DNA of 64,000 nucleotides from Nitrospiraceae bacterium (GTDB lineage: Bacteria > Nitrospirota > Nitrospiria > Nitrospirales > UBA2166), in contig PBSN01000008.1 in assembly GCA_002726235.1 (NCBI GenBank), positions 606,136 through 670,135 of the forward strand, in the 5' to 3' direction. Positions 20,484-31,188 of this stretch are shown in pieces (position 1 is the first letter of the stretch; each line of letters opens with the position of its first letter). The notes under the pieces were generated by a model that did not search any database, was not told where the DNA came from, and saw only the letters and a program-made list of their open reading frames with translations. A program made the translations under genes and the position numbers.

Positions 20484-20613
20484 ACAGGATGTTCACAAGG
20501 GCTTCCAAATGCGGCTACAGAAAGCGAACGATCGAGAAAGAAGTGCACACGTTGAGATTCTGAACGATGCAAGAACAACGCGAAAGATCAGGTTTTTCTC
20601 AGCATCCTGCTAG
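20484..20613 (+). repeat. Inverted-repeat element copy inside the lipid operon
   Basis: acaggatgttcacaagg ... cacgttgagattctgaacgatgcaagaac ... tttttctcagcatcctgctag. Confidence 0.7.
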
Positions 20614-20616
20614 CGG

Positions 20617-22419
20617 TCACCCCGTAGCGCCACATTCACGTGCTAATTCTGAAGAGGCATGTTTTGACTCGTTCGAGAAAAGCTGACCTCGGCGCTGAAG
20701 AAAGTCCTGCCGAGTCCGCGAGCGAGAAAGTTTACCCGATGACGTACGAGGCAATGTGTGAGGACGGGCTAATTCAATAAAGCAGTTGATCCCAAGTTCC
20801 TCGCGGATCATACGCTGCAACCGATCAATGAGATTTCCTCCTTGGATGCCGGTGAACTCACCGCATTGAACCACCATCATAGCCAACTCCTCACCATCCA
20901 CACCTGAAACGGAAAATGCAGACGCGTCTCCAGGTCTGACTTCAGGTTGCTGTTCCGCCAAATATTCAAGATCCTGAGGCCAAATATTTCGCCCGTTGAT
21001 GATAATGAGGTCCTTGATCCGGCCCGTGATGAAGAGATGTCCCTTGACACGATACCCAACATCTCCTGTATTCAGCCACCCATCAGGCGATAGAACCTCT
21101 TGTGTGGCATCCGCGTCCCCACAGTAACTCGTCATAATACTCGGTCCACGGAGAAAAATCGTTCCGCATTCTCTATCGCCTAATTCACGGCCCTCTTCAT
21201 TGCGAATTTGAATTTCGTACTCCGGCAGGGGCTTTCCACAATTCACGAAACTACTTACACCTGACCGATTTCCATCTCCAGTTCCATTGGGCGCGACTCG
21301 TGCCACCTGTCGCTCAGAGAGATAATCTCTATCAACACGATCGATCTCAAGACCTTGAAACACCGGAGCAAAGCTTACGGCGAGAGAACATTCAGCCATG
21401 CCATAACATGCCATAAACGCGTTAGCATTGAATCCAGTCCCGTTAAGAGCCTTCGCAAAATTCGCTAATGATTCATGGCGAATCATTTCCGCGCCAGCGC
21501 CAGCAACTCGCCAACTTCGAAGATCAAGTGCCGTAGCATCTTCTTGCCGAAAACGACGCGTGCAGAGGTCATATCCAAATGTCGGACTAAAGGAAATCGT
21601 GGCGGAATTCTTCGCAATTAGGGAAAGCCATTGTCGCGGGCGCATCGCAAAATCTCGTGGACTGAGGTAATCAGTAGAAAGCTGAGAAGCAACTGGACCA
21701 AGCACAAACCCCACGAGGCCCATGTCGTGATAGAACGGAAGCCAGGAAACGCAACGATCAAAAGATCGGACGGCGAGGCCGTGTTTTATGATACCAGAGA
21801 GGTTATTTAACACCGCCTGTTGGGTAATCATCACACCTCGAGGAAAGCGCGTACTCCCAGATGTATACTGGAGGTAGGCAACCTCGTCTGACCCAAGTGG
21901 GCTCAACGCGTTCGTGCCTTCGGAAAGTGCTCCAAAATCCTCTGGGCTACCGACAAATCGAAGATCCAATCCTTCAGAAGCCTCTGTAAGAAATGGCAGA
22001 AAAGCTAGAGGCGCCACTGCAACTGAGGCTTGGCAGATTACGAGCAAGGCCCGCAACTGTTCAACATACACAGATCGATTGGAGAGATGAATGAACGCCG
22101 GAAGCGGTACTGGCACCAAGCCTGCGTACTGGCAGGCAAAGAAAAACCGTATAAAATCAGGACTAGTATCCGCAAGAAGAGCAACTCGTGTCCCACGCGG
22201 AAGTCCCAGACCTTGAAGACGGCGCGCCAACGTTTGTGCCTGTTCGCGCAATTCCGCATAGGAAACCACAGTATAAAGCTCACCTTTGCCGGTATAAAAG
22301 TTACACCCGGTCACACCTCGTGCGGCGTAGTCCAGCGCTTCTGAAAGATTGTCGAATTCGCCTGGCCGAAGCGGCACTCTGTTCTCGGTTGGAGTTGGCT
22401 TCATTTCATTAACCCTCAC
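20617..22419 (-). CDS. Fatty acyl-AMP ligase / acyl-ACP synthetase
   Basis: YLQYTSGSTRFPRG, SWLPFYHDMGL, CYGMAE, WLNTGD, GRNIWPQDLE, LPRTSSGK. Confidence 0.9.
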   Translation of the reverse strand: MRVNEMKPTPTENRVPLRPGEFDNLSEALDYAARGVTGCNFYTGKGELYTVVSYAELREQAQTLARRLQGLGLPRGTRVALLADTSPDFIRFFFACQYAGLVPVPLPAFIHLSNRSVYVEQLRALLVICQASVAVAPLAFLPFLTEASEGLDLRFVGSPEDFGALSEGTNALSPLGSDEVAYLQYTSGSTRFPRGVMITQQAVLNNLSGIIKHGLAVRSFDRCVSWLPFYHDMGLVGFVLGPVASQLSTDYLSPRDFAMRPRQWLSLIAKNSATISFSPTFGYDLCTRRFRQEDATALDLRSWRVAGAGAEMIRHESLANFAKALNGTGFNANAFMACYGMAECSLAVSFAPVFQGLEIDRVDRDYLSERQVARVAPNGTGDGNRSGVSSFVNCGKPLPEYEIQIRNEEGRELGDRECGTIFLRGPSIMTSYCGDADATQEVLSPDGWLNTGDVGYRVKGHLFITGRIKDLIIINGRNIWPQDLEYLAEQQPEVRPGDASAFSVSGVDGEELAMMVVQCGEFTGIQGGNLIDRLQRMIREELGINCFIELARPHTLPRTSSGKLSRSRTRQDFLQRRGQLFSNESKHASSELARECGATG

Positions 22420-22448
22420 ACCCCCATTACATCAACACCGAAACTATT

Positions 22449-22506
22449 CTTACAAAATAGGCATCTACAAAATAGGTACCATCTTACAAAACTTACAAAA
22501 ATAGGC
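22449..22506. promoter_or_regulatory. Four direct repeats C(T)TACAAAA(TAGG) upstream of the lipid operon
   Basis: Copies start at about 22449, 22465, 22483 and 22492, 30-90 bp upstream of the acyl ligase start. Confidence 0.55.
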
Positions 22507-22831
22507 GTTCAGCATCACCGAGAACGCACGTCGAAAAAAACGCTGCGCTACTTTATATATATTGCGCCAAAAACGCAACTAGTGACTCCACTACCCCCAA
22601 CATATAGCGGTTGGATGATGTCCAAACCACTTGCCTCCGTATACAGCGTACGGGCGGAACAGAAAACACCTGCTGAAAATCTATAATGCCAAGGCGTTGG
22701 CCAAACAGCTACCAATGCCTTTGATGTCGTGACACGAGCGGGTGGAAGACCACCAGCGGACTGATCATGTAGTGGAAGGTGTGACTCTCAACATTCACTA
22801 GCAGGCTCTCAACATCCTCCTCAGAGAGGAA

Positions 22832-23602
22832 TTAATGACTTTGGTTTTTCCGATACAGTAGTTCTAGACCTTCAAGCGTCAACAAATCTCGGACCTCGTC
22901 AATCGTTCCCGAAACCGGAGCAATGAGCGCTGCCTGCCCGCCGGTCGCAACAACGAAACATTCTTTCCCTAGATTCAGTTTTATTCGTCGAACGATCCCA
23001 TCGACCATCCCCGCAAACCCATAGATAAGACCCGATTGCACACTCGAGGCTGTGTTGTGCCCGATAACCTCTTTGGGAAGAGTCAATTCCACACTTGAAA
23101 GCTTAGCAGCCCGCTTGGCAAGAGCGTCTGCTGAGATCCGAACTCCGGGAGCAATGGCACCGCCAAGATACTCTCCAAGCTCCGTAACCACGCAAAAGGT
23201 AATCGCCGTTCCAAAGTCCACAATGATAACTGGTCCTCCAAACCGAGCATAAGCAGCAGCGGCGTTCACAATACGATCGGAACCGATTTCTTGAGGTTGT
23301 TCAAAACGAAACGTAAGCCCGGTATTCAAATCGGATGATACAATAAGTGGTACAGCCTGAAAGTAGTCCTGTGACATCTGTTCGAGCACGGGTGTCAGCG
23401 GAGGAACCACACTGGACAGAATCACGGAACGAATAGGCAATGATTCAACACCACGAGCATTTAAAATATCGAGGAACGTAATGCCATATTCATCGGCTGT
23501 TCTGGCGCGATCGGTTGCCACCCGCCAGTCTGCAACTAACCGAACCCCATCAAAAACTCCGCTGATAGTACTGGTATTGCCAATGTCAATTGCGAGAAGC
23601 AT
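22832..23602 (-). CDS. coaX: Type III pantothenate kinase
   Basis: LAIDIGNT, GSDR, VDFGTAIT, GGAIAPG, VATGG. Confidence 0.95.
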   Translation of the reverse strand: MLLAIDIGNTSTISGVFDGVRLVADWRVATDRARTADEYGITFLDILNARGVESLPIRSVILSSVVPPLTPVLEQMSQDYFQAVPLIVSSDLNTGLTFRFEQPQEIGSDRIVNAAAAYARFGGPVIIVDFGTAITFCVVTELGEYLGGAIAPGVRISADALAKRAAKLSSVELTLPKEVIGHNTASSVQSGLIYGFAGMVDGIVRRIKLNLGKECFVVATGGQAALIAPVSGTIDEVRDLLTLEGLELLYRKNQSH

Positions 23603-23730
23603 AGCGCAGAAGTTAGAAATAAAAAATCAAAAACACTACTCTCACATAGCCAAAAAAAACAGTGTTCCCCATTCCAGCCTTGCGCTCATATTCCCATATC
23701 TTCACTGGACTCTGAACGCTTCTTCTCTAT

Positions 23731-24477
23731 CTACCTCAGGTGTACTATATCCGCACTGCGAATGATCGCCATGTCCCCTTGACCACGTCGCAGTCGTAAC
23801 GATCCGTCCAATTCAATACCATCTGCCCAACCATCGACAGGCCCCCCAACGGGAAGATATGCAATAACTCTACGACCGATGGTATCAGAAATACTGAGAT
23901 ATTCATGGATAATATCTGACATACCATCATTCCAGAACTTCTGATACTGCACGTTAAGCTCACCACTCAATCTTGTGAGGAACTGGTTGCGATCGATCGA
24001 CTCAGCAACATGCTCCGACAGCGACGTCGTCGTGCAGTAAAGAGAGGATGGCAACGACGCCTTGGACATATTGACGTTCACACCAATACCCAGAATAACG
24101 CTTTGAATCTCGCCATTATTGGATACAGTTTCCGCTAAAACTCCAGCCACCTTTTGTCTCCCAATTAATACATCATTGGGCCACTTAATCCGCGCGTTTA
24201 GTTTGGTTTTGGTTTGTATCGCGGATGCGATAGCCATAGAAGCGATCAATGGGATCCATGAGATCCATTCTCGATTTCCCGCCCGCAAGATGTACGAACA
24301 ATACAGGTTAACGCCAGACGGCGAGATCCACTCTCGACCAAGTCGCCCCCGTCCCCGTGTTTGTGCATCGGCAACTACCAGTGTTCCTTCCGAGGCTCCC
24401 TCATGGTAAAGGTCAAGAGCAACCGCATTTGTCGACGTCACCTCTTCAAAGCGATGGATTGGTTGTCCTAGTACCAT
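23731..24477 (-). CDS. birA: Biotin-protein ligase (no N-terminal HTH)
   Basis: TSTN, QTRGRGRLGREW, KWPND, KVAGVL, GIGVNVN. Confidence 0.93.
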   Translation of the reverse strand: MVLGQPIHRFEEVTSTNAVALDLYHEGASEGTLVVADAQTRGRGRLGREWISPSGVNLYCSYILRAGNREWISWIPLIASMAIASAIQTKTKLNARIKWPNDVLIGRQKVAGVLAETVSNNGEIQSVILGIGVNVNMSKASLPSSLYCTTTSLSEHVAESIDRNQFLTRLSGELNVQYQKFWNDGMSDIIHEYLSISDTIGRRVIAYLPVGGPVDGWADGIELDGSLRLRRGQGDMAIIRSADIVHLR

Positions 24478-24505
24478 GAACTCCCTTGATTACATCTGGG
24501 TATCA

Positions 24506-25387
24506 TTATGCACCGGCTTGTTTCGGCACATGCGGCACGAGATAGAGACTCATAGGAGAAGCTGGTGCCGACTGCGTCAGAGCGCCTATGGATACAATGT
24601 CTGGCCCCGCTGCCGCGTACCACAGAACGTTGTCCAAGGTTATTCCTCCGGAAACTTCAAGTATCGTCTTCCCTTTCGCCAATTTTACGGCCGCCTCAAC
24701 GTCTGCGACGGTCATGTTATCCAACAAAACAATATCCGCTTTCCCATCAAGCGCAGCCTGAAGTTGATCCAAGGAATCGATTTCAACTTCAATCTGTAGT
24801 CCAGAATCGACATACTCTCGAGCCTGTCGACACGCAAGCCCCACATCACCTCCACAGATCGCGAGATGGTTGTCCTTAATGAGAACCCCATCACCCAAAT
24901 TCTGGCGGTGTGCCCCTCCTCCCCCAATAGTAACTGCCCACTTCTCCAAAGATCGCAAACCTGGCGTCGTCTTACGTGTTGCAGCAATCTGAACCGAGTA
25001 TGCCCTAACTAAATCGCAGAACTTTGACGTCAGAGTTGCAATACCTGAGAGATGTTGAAGGAAATTCAGCGCAACCCGCTCCCCCGCGAGAATCGCACGA
25101 CTATTTCCCGTCAGGGTGAAGATCACAGCACCAGGAGCAAGTTTGTCACCATCAGACGCCACAGGACAGAAATTCATGTCGGAATTGAGCGATTGGAAGA
25201 CACCTCTGGCAAGTTCAACCCCCGCAACGATACAAAATGCTTCTGCATAAACTGTAGCCATCGACTCACTTGCAGAATCGATAATGGCCGTTGAGGTGAT
25301 ATCACCAGCCCCGACATCCTCCGCAAGTGCGTGCGCCACTGAGTGGCGAATCAACTGTTCTGAAAGAGTTGGAGGCAACACGTTCAT
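24506..25387 (-). CDS. nadC: Nicotinate-nucleotide pyrophosphorylase (carboxylating)
   Basis: ALAEDVGAGDIT, ERVALNFLQHLSGIAT, TRKTTPG, LIKDNH, LLDNM. Confidence 0.96.
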   Translation of the reverse strand: MNVLPPTLSEQLIRHSVAHALAEDVGAGDITSTAIIDSASESMATVYAEAFCIVAGVELARGVFQSLNSDMNFCPVASDGDKLAPGAVIFTLTGNSRAILAGERVALNFLQHLSGIATLTSKFCDLVRAYSVQIAATRKTTPGLRSLEKWAVTIGGGGAHRQNLGDGVLIKDNHLAICGGDVGLACRQAREYVDSGLQIEVEIDSLDQLQAALDGKADIVLLDNMTVADVEAAVKLAKGKTILEVSGGITLDNVLWYAAAGPDIVSIGALTQSAPASPMSLYLVPHVPKQAGA

Positions 25388-25463
25388 GTTTAAGCCTGTG
25401 CGGCCTTTAGATTGATCACCGTGACATCGCAGGCACAGACGAAAATTTCGCGTAGGAGAGCAA

Positions 25464-28211
25464 TTAGTCCTGGAGTCGGCTCAATTCCAGCGAAATCTTG
25501 TCACACTCGGCCCGAAGCTCATGCTGTTTTGCTTGTTCCTTTTGCACAACTGCAACCGGTGCGTTTGCAGTAAAAACAGCATTGCTCAGCTTTTTCTCCG
25601 CACGATCAAGATCAGCACGGAGTACAGCCAGGCGCTTTTCAAGCCGAATTCGTTCTTTGGTAAAGTCGACCAGCCCATCAAGCAATATATAGACATCAGC
25701 AACCTTAGTAACTTGGCTGCCATACTTTCCCTGAGGCTTTGCTAAGGATGTCCCTATCTGCAGTGAGTCAATCCGCCCCATTTCTTGAATCCGTGCTGTG
25801 TGACTTAATAAGACAGCCTGGGATTCCTCATTTGCAGGAATGGCCACCACATCAGGAAGGACTTTTCTAGGCGGAACCCCGTAGGTAGACCGTAGCACGC
25901 GAATGCTCGAAATAACATCAATCACCGCGCTCATAGCCGTCTCAACATCCATATCGGCCTTGCTTTCATCCTGCAGAGGATATGCGCTCACCATGACATG
26001 CTCAGCCTCACCCGGTTGGTGCTGAAGGGTGGACCACAATTCCTCGGTCAGAAATGGCATAAAGGGATGCAACAGTCGCACGATGCATTGGAGAACATCC
26101 AGCATCGTCTGAACCGTTTCATTACGACGCACCTCCGATTCACCAGCGCTACCCTGTTGCTTTAGATCAGGCTTTGAAAATTCGATATACCAATCACAAA
26201 ACTCATGCCAAACAAACTGGTACAGGCGATTAGCTGCCTCATCGAAACGATACGCGCCAAGAGACGTATTCACGTCCCCGATACACCGATGTAGGCGACT
26301 CACAATCCAGAGGTTGATCTGCGAATCGATCTTTGCACTCTCGACGTACGCAAATCCGTCCGGCACGTTGTCCAGAGCAAAACGCGTTGCATTCCAGAGT
26401 TTATTAGCAAAGTTTCGATAGCCTTCAATGCGTTCAGAGGCAAGTTTGATGTCTCTGCCAGGCGACGCCATCGCAGCCAAGGTAAAGCGGAGTGCATCGG
26501 TTCCATACTCACCCATCACGCTCAACGGATCGATGATATTTCCCTTTGACTTGCTCATCTTTTGCCCTTCAGCATCACGAACAAGGGCATGAACGTAGAC
26601 ATCGTGGAAAGGGATTGCGTTCTGAAATCGAAGTCCCATCATGATCATTCGTGCAATCCAGAAAAACAAAATATCGAAGCCGGTGACCAAAACGGTCGTT
26701 GGGTAAAAGATCTGCAGCATCTGCTCGGCCTCACCCGCGCACCCGGAGTTGTGTTGGTGTTCAGCCGGCCACCCAAGCGTAGAGAAAGGCCACAGTGCTG
26801 ACGAAAACCAAGTATCAAGAACGTCCGGATCCTGCAAGATATTGAATCCAGCACATTTTGGACAACATTCGGGATCGCTTCGTTGGATGATGGGAGCCAC
26901 ATGGGCTAAATCACAGTCCTCACAATACCAAGCAGGAATCTGATGCCCCCACCAGATTTGTCGCGAAATACACCAGTCTTTGATATCGCGCATCCAGGCA
27001 AGATAATTGTTCTCCCAGCCTTTGGGAACAAACCGAATGTCGCCGGATTCAACCGCTCTAATCGCGGGCTCCGCAAGCGGCTGGATCTTCACATACCATT
27101 GCGGCGAAAGAAACGGTTCCACAATAGTCCGACATCGATAACACTTCCCAATCGAGTGTTTGTGCGCTTCGGTATTGATCAGAAAACCGCGCTCGTCAAG
27201 AAAAGCAAGAATTTGTTTTCTCGCCTCAACAACAGATTTGCCTTGAACGCTACGAAGCACTTCATCATCTACATCGGACAGCTGAGTTGGATCGACCCGC
27301 GCGTGCTTATCAAGGATCGAAATCTCATTGAGATGATTTCGAAGCCCAGCTTCATAGTCGTTGAAATCATGGCCTGGTGTGATTTTGACCGCACCAGTAC
27401 CAAACGTTCGGTCAACCAAAATTGAATCGGTGACAATCGGAATCGTTCGACCCGTCAGCGGAAGACGGATGGATTTCCCAACTAAGTGGAAATAGCGGGT
27501 ATCCTCCGGGTGCACTCCGACTGCAGTATCTCCAAGCATTGTTTCGGGGCGGGTGGTCGCAATAATAAGCACATGATCTCCACTTCCATCAATTGGATAG
27601 CGAATGGAATAGAGCGATCCATTGGTCTCTTCATGTTCGACTTCAATATCGGCCAGGGCCGTGAGGCACCTCGGACACCAATGAATCAGACGCGTGCCGC
27701 GATAAATGAGGCCATCCTCATAAAGCCGAACAAACACCTCGCGAACGGCTTTGGAAAGCCCCTCGTCTAATGTAAATCGAAGCCGAGACCAATCACAGGA
27801 AACACCTAAAGACCTCAACTGATTGAGAATCGTTTCTCCGTATTTCGCTTTCCACTCCCACACTCTTTTGACAAACGCTTCACGCCCTAATTTTTCTCGA
27901 CTCGTTCCCTCCTTGAAAAGTTGCCGTTCGACCACGTTCTGCGTGGCGATTCCAGCGTGATCTGTCCCTGGAAGCCAGAGGACATTGAATCCACGCATGC
28001 GAAACCATCGTACGAGAATATCTTGGATCGTGCTGTTCAACGCATGCCCCATGTGGAGCGCGCCAGTGATATTGGGAGGAGGAATTACAATCGAAAAAGA
28101 AGGAGATGGAGACTCGAGGTTCGCCTGAAAGTAGCCTCGATCTTCCCAGATCTGATACCACTTTTTCTCCACATCCTGCGGTTGGTAAGTTTTTCTAAGC
28201 GTCGGCATCAT
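25464..28211 (-). CDS. valS: Valyl-tRNA synthetase
   Basis: PPPNITGALHMGH, DWCISRQIWWGH, KMSKSKGN, C-terminal coiled-coil arm. Confidence 0.98.
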   Translation of the reverse strand: MMPTLRKTYQPQDVEKKWYQIWEDRGYFQANLESPSPSFSIVIPPPNITGALHMGHALNSTIQDILVRWFRMRGFNVLWLPGTDHAGIATQNVVERQLFKEGTSREKLGREAFVKRVWEWKAKYGETILNQLRSLGVSCDWSRLRFTLDEGLSKAVREVFVRLYEDGLIYRGTRLIHWCPRCLTALADIEVEHEETNGSLYSIRYPIDGSGDHVLIIATTRPETMLGDTAVGVHPEDTRYFHLVGKSIRLPLTGRTIPIVTDSILVDRTFGTGAVKITPGHDFNDYEAGLRNHLNEISILDKHARVDPTQLSDVDDEVLRSVQGKSVVEARKQILAFLDERGFLINTEAHKHSIGKCYRCRTIVEPFLSPQWYVKIQPLAEPAIRAVESGDIRFVPKGWENNYLAWMRDIKDWCISRQIWWGHQIPAWYCEDCDLAHVAPIIQRSDPECCPKCAGFNILQDPDVLDTWFSSALWPFSTLGWPAEHQHNSGCAGEAEQMLQIFYPTTVLVTGFDILFFWIARMIMMGLRFQNAIPFHDVYVHALVRDAEGQKMSKSKGNIIDPLSVMGEYGTDALRFTLAAMASPGRDIKLASERIEGYRNFANKLWNATRFALDNVPDGFAYVESAKIDSQINLWIVSRLHRCIGDVNTSLGAYRFDEAANRLYQFVWHEFCDWYIEFSKPDLKQQGSAGESEVRRNETVQTMLDVLQCIVRLLHPFMPFLTEELWSTLQHQPGEAEHVMVSAYPLQDESKADMDVETAMSAVIDVISSIRVLRSTYGVPPRKVLPDVVAIPANEESQAVLLSHTARIQEMGRIDSLQIGTSLAKPQGKYGSQVTKVADVYILLDGLVDFTKERIRLEKRLAVLRADLDRAEKKLSNAVFTANAPVAVVQKEQAKQHELRAECDKISLELSRLQD

Positions 28212-28383
28212 TCACTGACCTATAACGTACAAAACGGCGAAAAACGGTTAGTTGTAGGTTGTAGCACGGCATCTTTAATCAAGACAAGACGGGCGTTAAG
28301 AACAAGAACATGTGAAAATGCTGTTCGAAATCCTTGACAGCGCATTCATGTCCAGAATAGCATAGGGGTAATTGAGGTCTGAC

Positions 28384-28644
28384 ATGGGAATACGTTTAGT
28401 CATAATCCTCATCCTCCTAGTGGTCTTGTATTACCTAGGCAAGCAGGTATACCAATTGTTGCTTGGTTCAGGAAAACCAACCGACAAGCCGGGAGCGATC
28501 AGCGCAGGCGTCGATCTCACCCAAGACCCGGTCTGCCTAACCTATGTCTCGAAGGCACGCGCCATCAGCACCAAGCGCAATGGCGAAACTCACTACTTCT
28601 GCAGTGAACATTGTGCCGCTGAGTTCGAGAATCGCGCAGCCTAA
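28384..28644 (+). CDS. Membrane-anchored YHS/TRASH domain protein
   Basis: N-terminal TM helix, then DPVCLTYV...HYFCSEHC. Confidence 0.8.
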   Translation: MGIRLVIILILLVVLYYLGKQVYQLLLGSGKPTDKPGAISAGVDLTQDPVCLTYVSKARAISTKRNGETHYFCSEHCAAEFENRAA

Positions 28645-28651
28645 CCTCTAC

Positions 28652-30355
28652 CTACGTCCCACACGTCTTTTCAGACAACAACACATACCCCGCAACATCC
28701 TTCACTATCGGCAATTGCTGAACGTCAGTGGGTAGCTCTGACAATAATCGTTCCTGGGTAATCAGCGTAATCGCTCCCCCTTTGTTGATCAGTCGATCAA
28801 GCGGTTCACGATGGCCCTTGTGTGAAAAAATAATCTTGTGGCGTGCATAAAAAATGTAACTCGGTTTTGTGCGCCCATAGACAACCAGATCGTCATCAGC
28901 CCTAATGCAGTCTCCTGCAAGAGAAGCAAGCACATGTGGGGGTGAGAGAAAGTTTTTATCAAAAATCGGGAAGCCAACATGGATAATAAGTAATGAGGAT
29001 AGTCCAATTGTCACGGCCGCAAGTTGAATTGCCACCCGTACACGCTGTGCCGCTAGCCCATAGAACGCGGTCGCCACGGAGCCAATGAACAGGACCGTAC
29101 CAATGATGGAAATGCCAATCCCAGGATCAACGCTGTCGGCCATGGGAAACTCTTGCGCGATAAATTCAACGAGTTGGTTATACACAAATGGAAATGCCGC
29201 GAGACCTCCGCCTAACAGTGTTCCAAGCACTAAAATGATCCAAAAGGCGCTTGTACCTTTGGGCCGTGCCTCGCCACTCATAAATCGTGCAAGGGGAAAG
29301 GCGACTAAGATCGCCGCTGCCGGAAATAGCGGCGCAATGTAGTGCGGAAGCCTAGTTGCAGAAAACGTAAAGAAGAGAAACAGCACCATAAACCAGCAAG
29401 CGGCAAAGACAAGTAGAGATTGGCCTTGACCACCAGTCATACGATACACTTTAAAGTCTGATACCACGTCCCGAAAAGCTAACGGTAGAAAACCGCTCCA
29501 AGGAAAAAACCCCAGTAGCAGGACAGGGATATAAAACAATATTGTCCCACCATGTCCCCCAATAATGTTGGCGTACCGACCAAGAGTGTTCGCCTGCGCA
29601 GATTCCAAATATGTCACCCCATGGATCATCAGCATTGACCCATACCAAGGTAAGGTAAGGCAGAGAAACAACAACACCCCAACAAATGGGCGGGCTTCAC
29701 AAATCACTTTGCGAAAGTTTTGAGTTAAAAGAACAAATACCAACACCACCAGCAACGGAACAATCACTCCCACAGGCCCTTTAGTAAGCATCGCGCCAGC
29801 CATTGCTATATAGCAGACGAGATACCATCGTTTTTCTCTTCTTTCACCAGAAAACGCAATCCAAAAACTAAATAGTGTGAGGGTTGTAAAAAAGATGAGG
29901 ATCATATCGGTCAGGACCATTCTTCCGATCGCAAGCATCTCGAGGTTCAATAGGAGGCATAAGGTAGACCACCACGCAACGTTGACCGTCGCAACTCGGG
30001 TAAGAAATAGGTACTGCATGAGAATGAGAAGAGTCCCGAATACGGCAGAGGGAAAGCGCGCAGAAAATTCGTTGACGCCAAAGACGAGATAGGAAGCCCC
30101 GATAAGCCAGTAGGTGAAAACCGGCTTCGCAAAACGAGGTTCACCGTTGAGGGTTGGAGAGATCCAATCTCCGCGCTCGAGCATCTCACGAGGCGCGCCA
30201 GCGTTGCTCCCCTCATCGTTATCAGTCAGGTTAAGAGCGCCAAGTGCCGAGAAAAAGAGCACTCCACAGAGAAACAGAAGAATCCCATTATGTCGGATGT
30301 GAATCGGTATCACGGTAGCACAATCACTCGCATGAAAATAACACCAGGGTTGCAT
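28652..30355 (-). CDS. ArnT/GT-C (PMT family) glycosyltransferase
   Basis: [33 protein letters not shown]; many TM helices; start uncertain. Confidence 0.85.
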   Translation of the reverse strand: MQPWCYFHASDCATVIPIHIRHNGILLFLCGVLFFSALGALNLTDNDEGSNAGAPREMLERGDWISPTLNGEPRFAKPVFTYWLIGASYLVFGVNEFSARFPSAVFGTLLILMQYLFLTRVATVNVAWWSTLCLLLNLEMLAIGRMVLTDMILIFFTTLTLFSFWIAFSGERREKRWYLVCYIAMAGAMLTKGPVGVIVPLLVVLVFVLLTQNFRKVICEARPFVGVLLFLCLTLPWYGSMLMIHGVTYLESAQANTLGRYANIIGGHGGTILFYIPVLLLGFFPWSGFLPLAFRDVVSDFKVYRMTGGQGQSLLVFAACWFMVLFLFFTFSATRLPHYIAPLFPAAAILVAFPLARFMSGEARPKGTSAFWIILVLGTLLGGGLAAFPFVYNQLVEFIAQEFPMADSVDPGIGISIIGTVLFIGSVATAFYGLAAQRVRVAIQLAAVTIGLSSLLIIHVGFPIFDKNFLSPPHVLASLAGDCIRADDDLVVYGRTKPSYIFYARHKIIFSHKGHREPLDRLINKGGAITLITQERLLSELPTDVQQLPIVKDVAGYVLLSEKTCGT

Positions 30356-30420
30356 CGGGCCTTGAGATACGTATCATGATGCTAATACATGAAGAACTCA
30401 AGGAGGCTGAGGAAAGGATA

Positions 30421-31188
30421 ATGAAGAAGCTGGTATTGATCCGCCACGGAGAAAGCGTCTGGAACAAGGAAAATCGGTTTACCGGATGGGTCGATGTCGA
30501 ACTCTCTCCGAAGGGCCTTGAAGAAGCCAGCGAAGCAGGACGTACCTTGCGTAATAAAGGGTTCGAGTTTGATGTCGCCTATACCTCGCTATTAAAACGT
30601 GCCATCAAAACACTATGGCTGGTACTGGAAGAAATGGACCACATGTGGATTCCAGTACACCGGACCTGGCATCTTAATGAGCGACACTATGGCCTACTGC
30701 AAGGTTTGAACAAAATCGAAACGGTCGAAAAACACGGAGAAAAGCAAGTGCACGTCTGGCGACGCAGCTACGACATTCGCCCTCCAGCGCTCGGATCGAA
30801 TGACCCGAACTTTCCAGGGCATGATCCGCGTTACAAGGCCCTCGCGATCCAACAGATCCCAGCGACGGAATGCTTAAAAGATGTGGTGAATCGATTCTTG
30901 CCCTATTGGCAATCGACCATTGCTCCCGCGATCGAAAAGGGTGAACGGGTCCTCATCGCCGCGCATGGAAACAGCATACGCGCACTAGTTATGTATTTAG
31001 ACGAAATTTCAGAGGACAAAATCACGGACCTCAACATTCCAACGGGAATCCCGCTAGTGTACGAATTAGAAGATGGTCTTCGGCCCATCCGTCATTACTA
31101 CCTCGGCGACCCCGAAACTATTGAACGTGCAACGCAAGCCGTTGCCAATCAAACTACAAGAAAAAGCTCACCTTCACCCACGCCGTAA
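30421..31188 (+). CDS. gpmA: 2,3-BPG-dependent phosphoglycerate mutase
   Basis: [39 protein letters not shown]. Confidence 0.97.
   Translation: MKKLVLIRHGESVWNKENRFTGWVDVELSPKGLEEASEAGRTLRNKGFEFDVAYTSLLKRAIKTLWLVLEEMDHMWIPVHRTWHLNERHYGLLQGLNKIETVEKHGEKQVHVWRRSYDIRPPALGSNDPNFPGHDPRYKALAIQQIPATECLKDVVNRFLPYWQSTIAPAIEKGERVLIAAHGNSIRALVMYLDEISEDKITDLNIPTGIPLVYELEDGLRPIRHYYLGDPETIERATQAVANQTTRKSSPSPTP

Noticed and set aside
22552..22610. NrdR-box-like sequences (tttatatatattgcgc, ccccaacatatagcgg)
   Set aside because: Only partial matches, and no ribonucleotide reductase gene is adjacent
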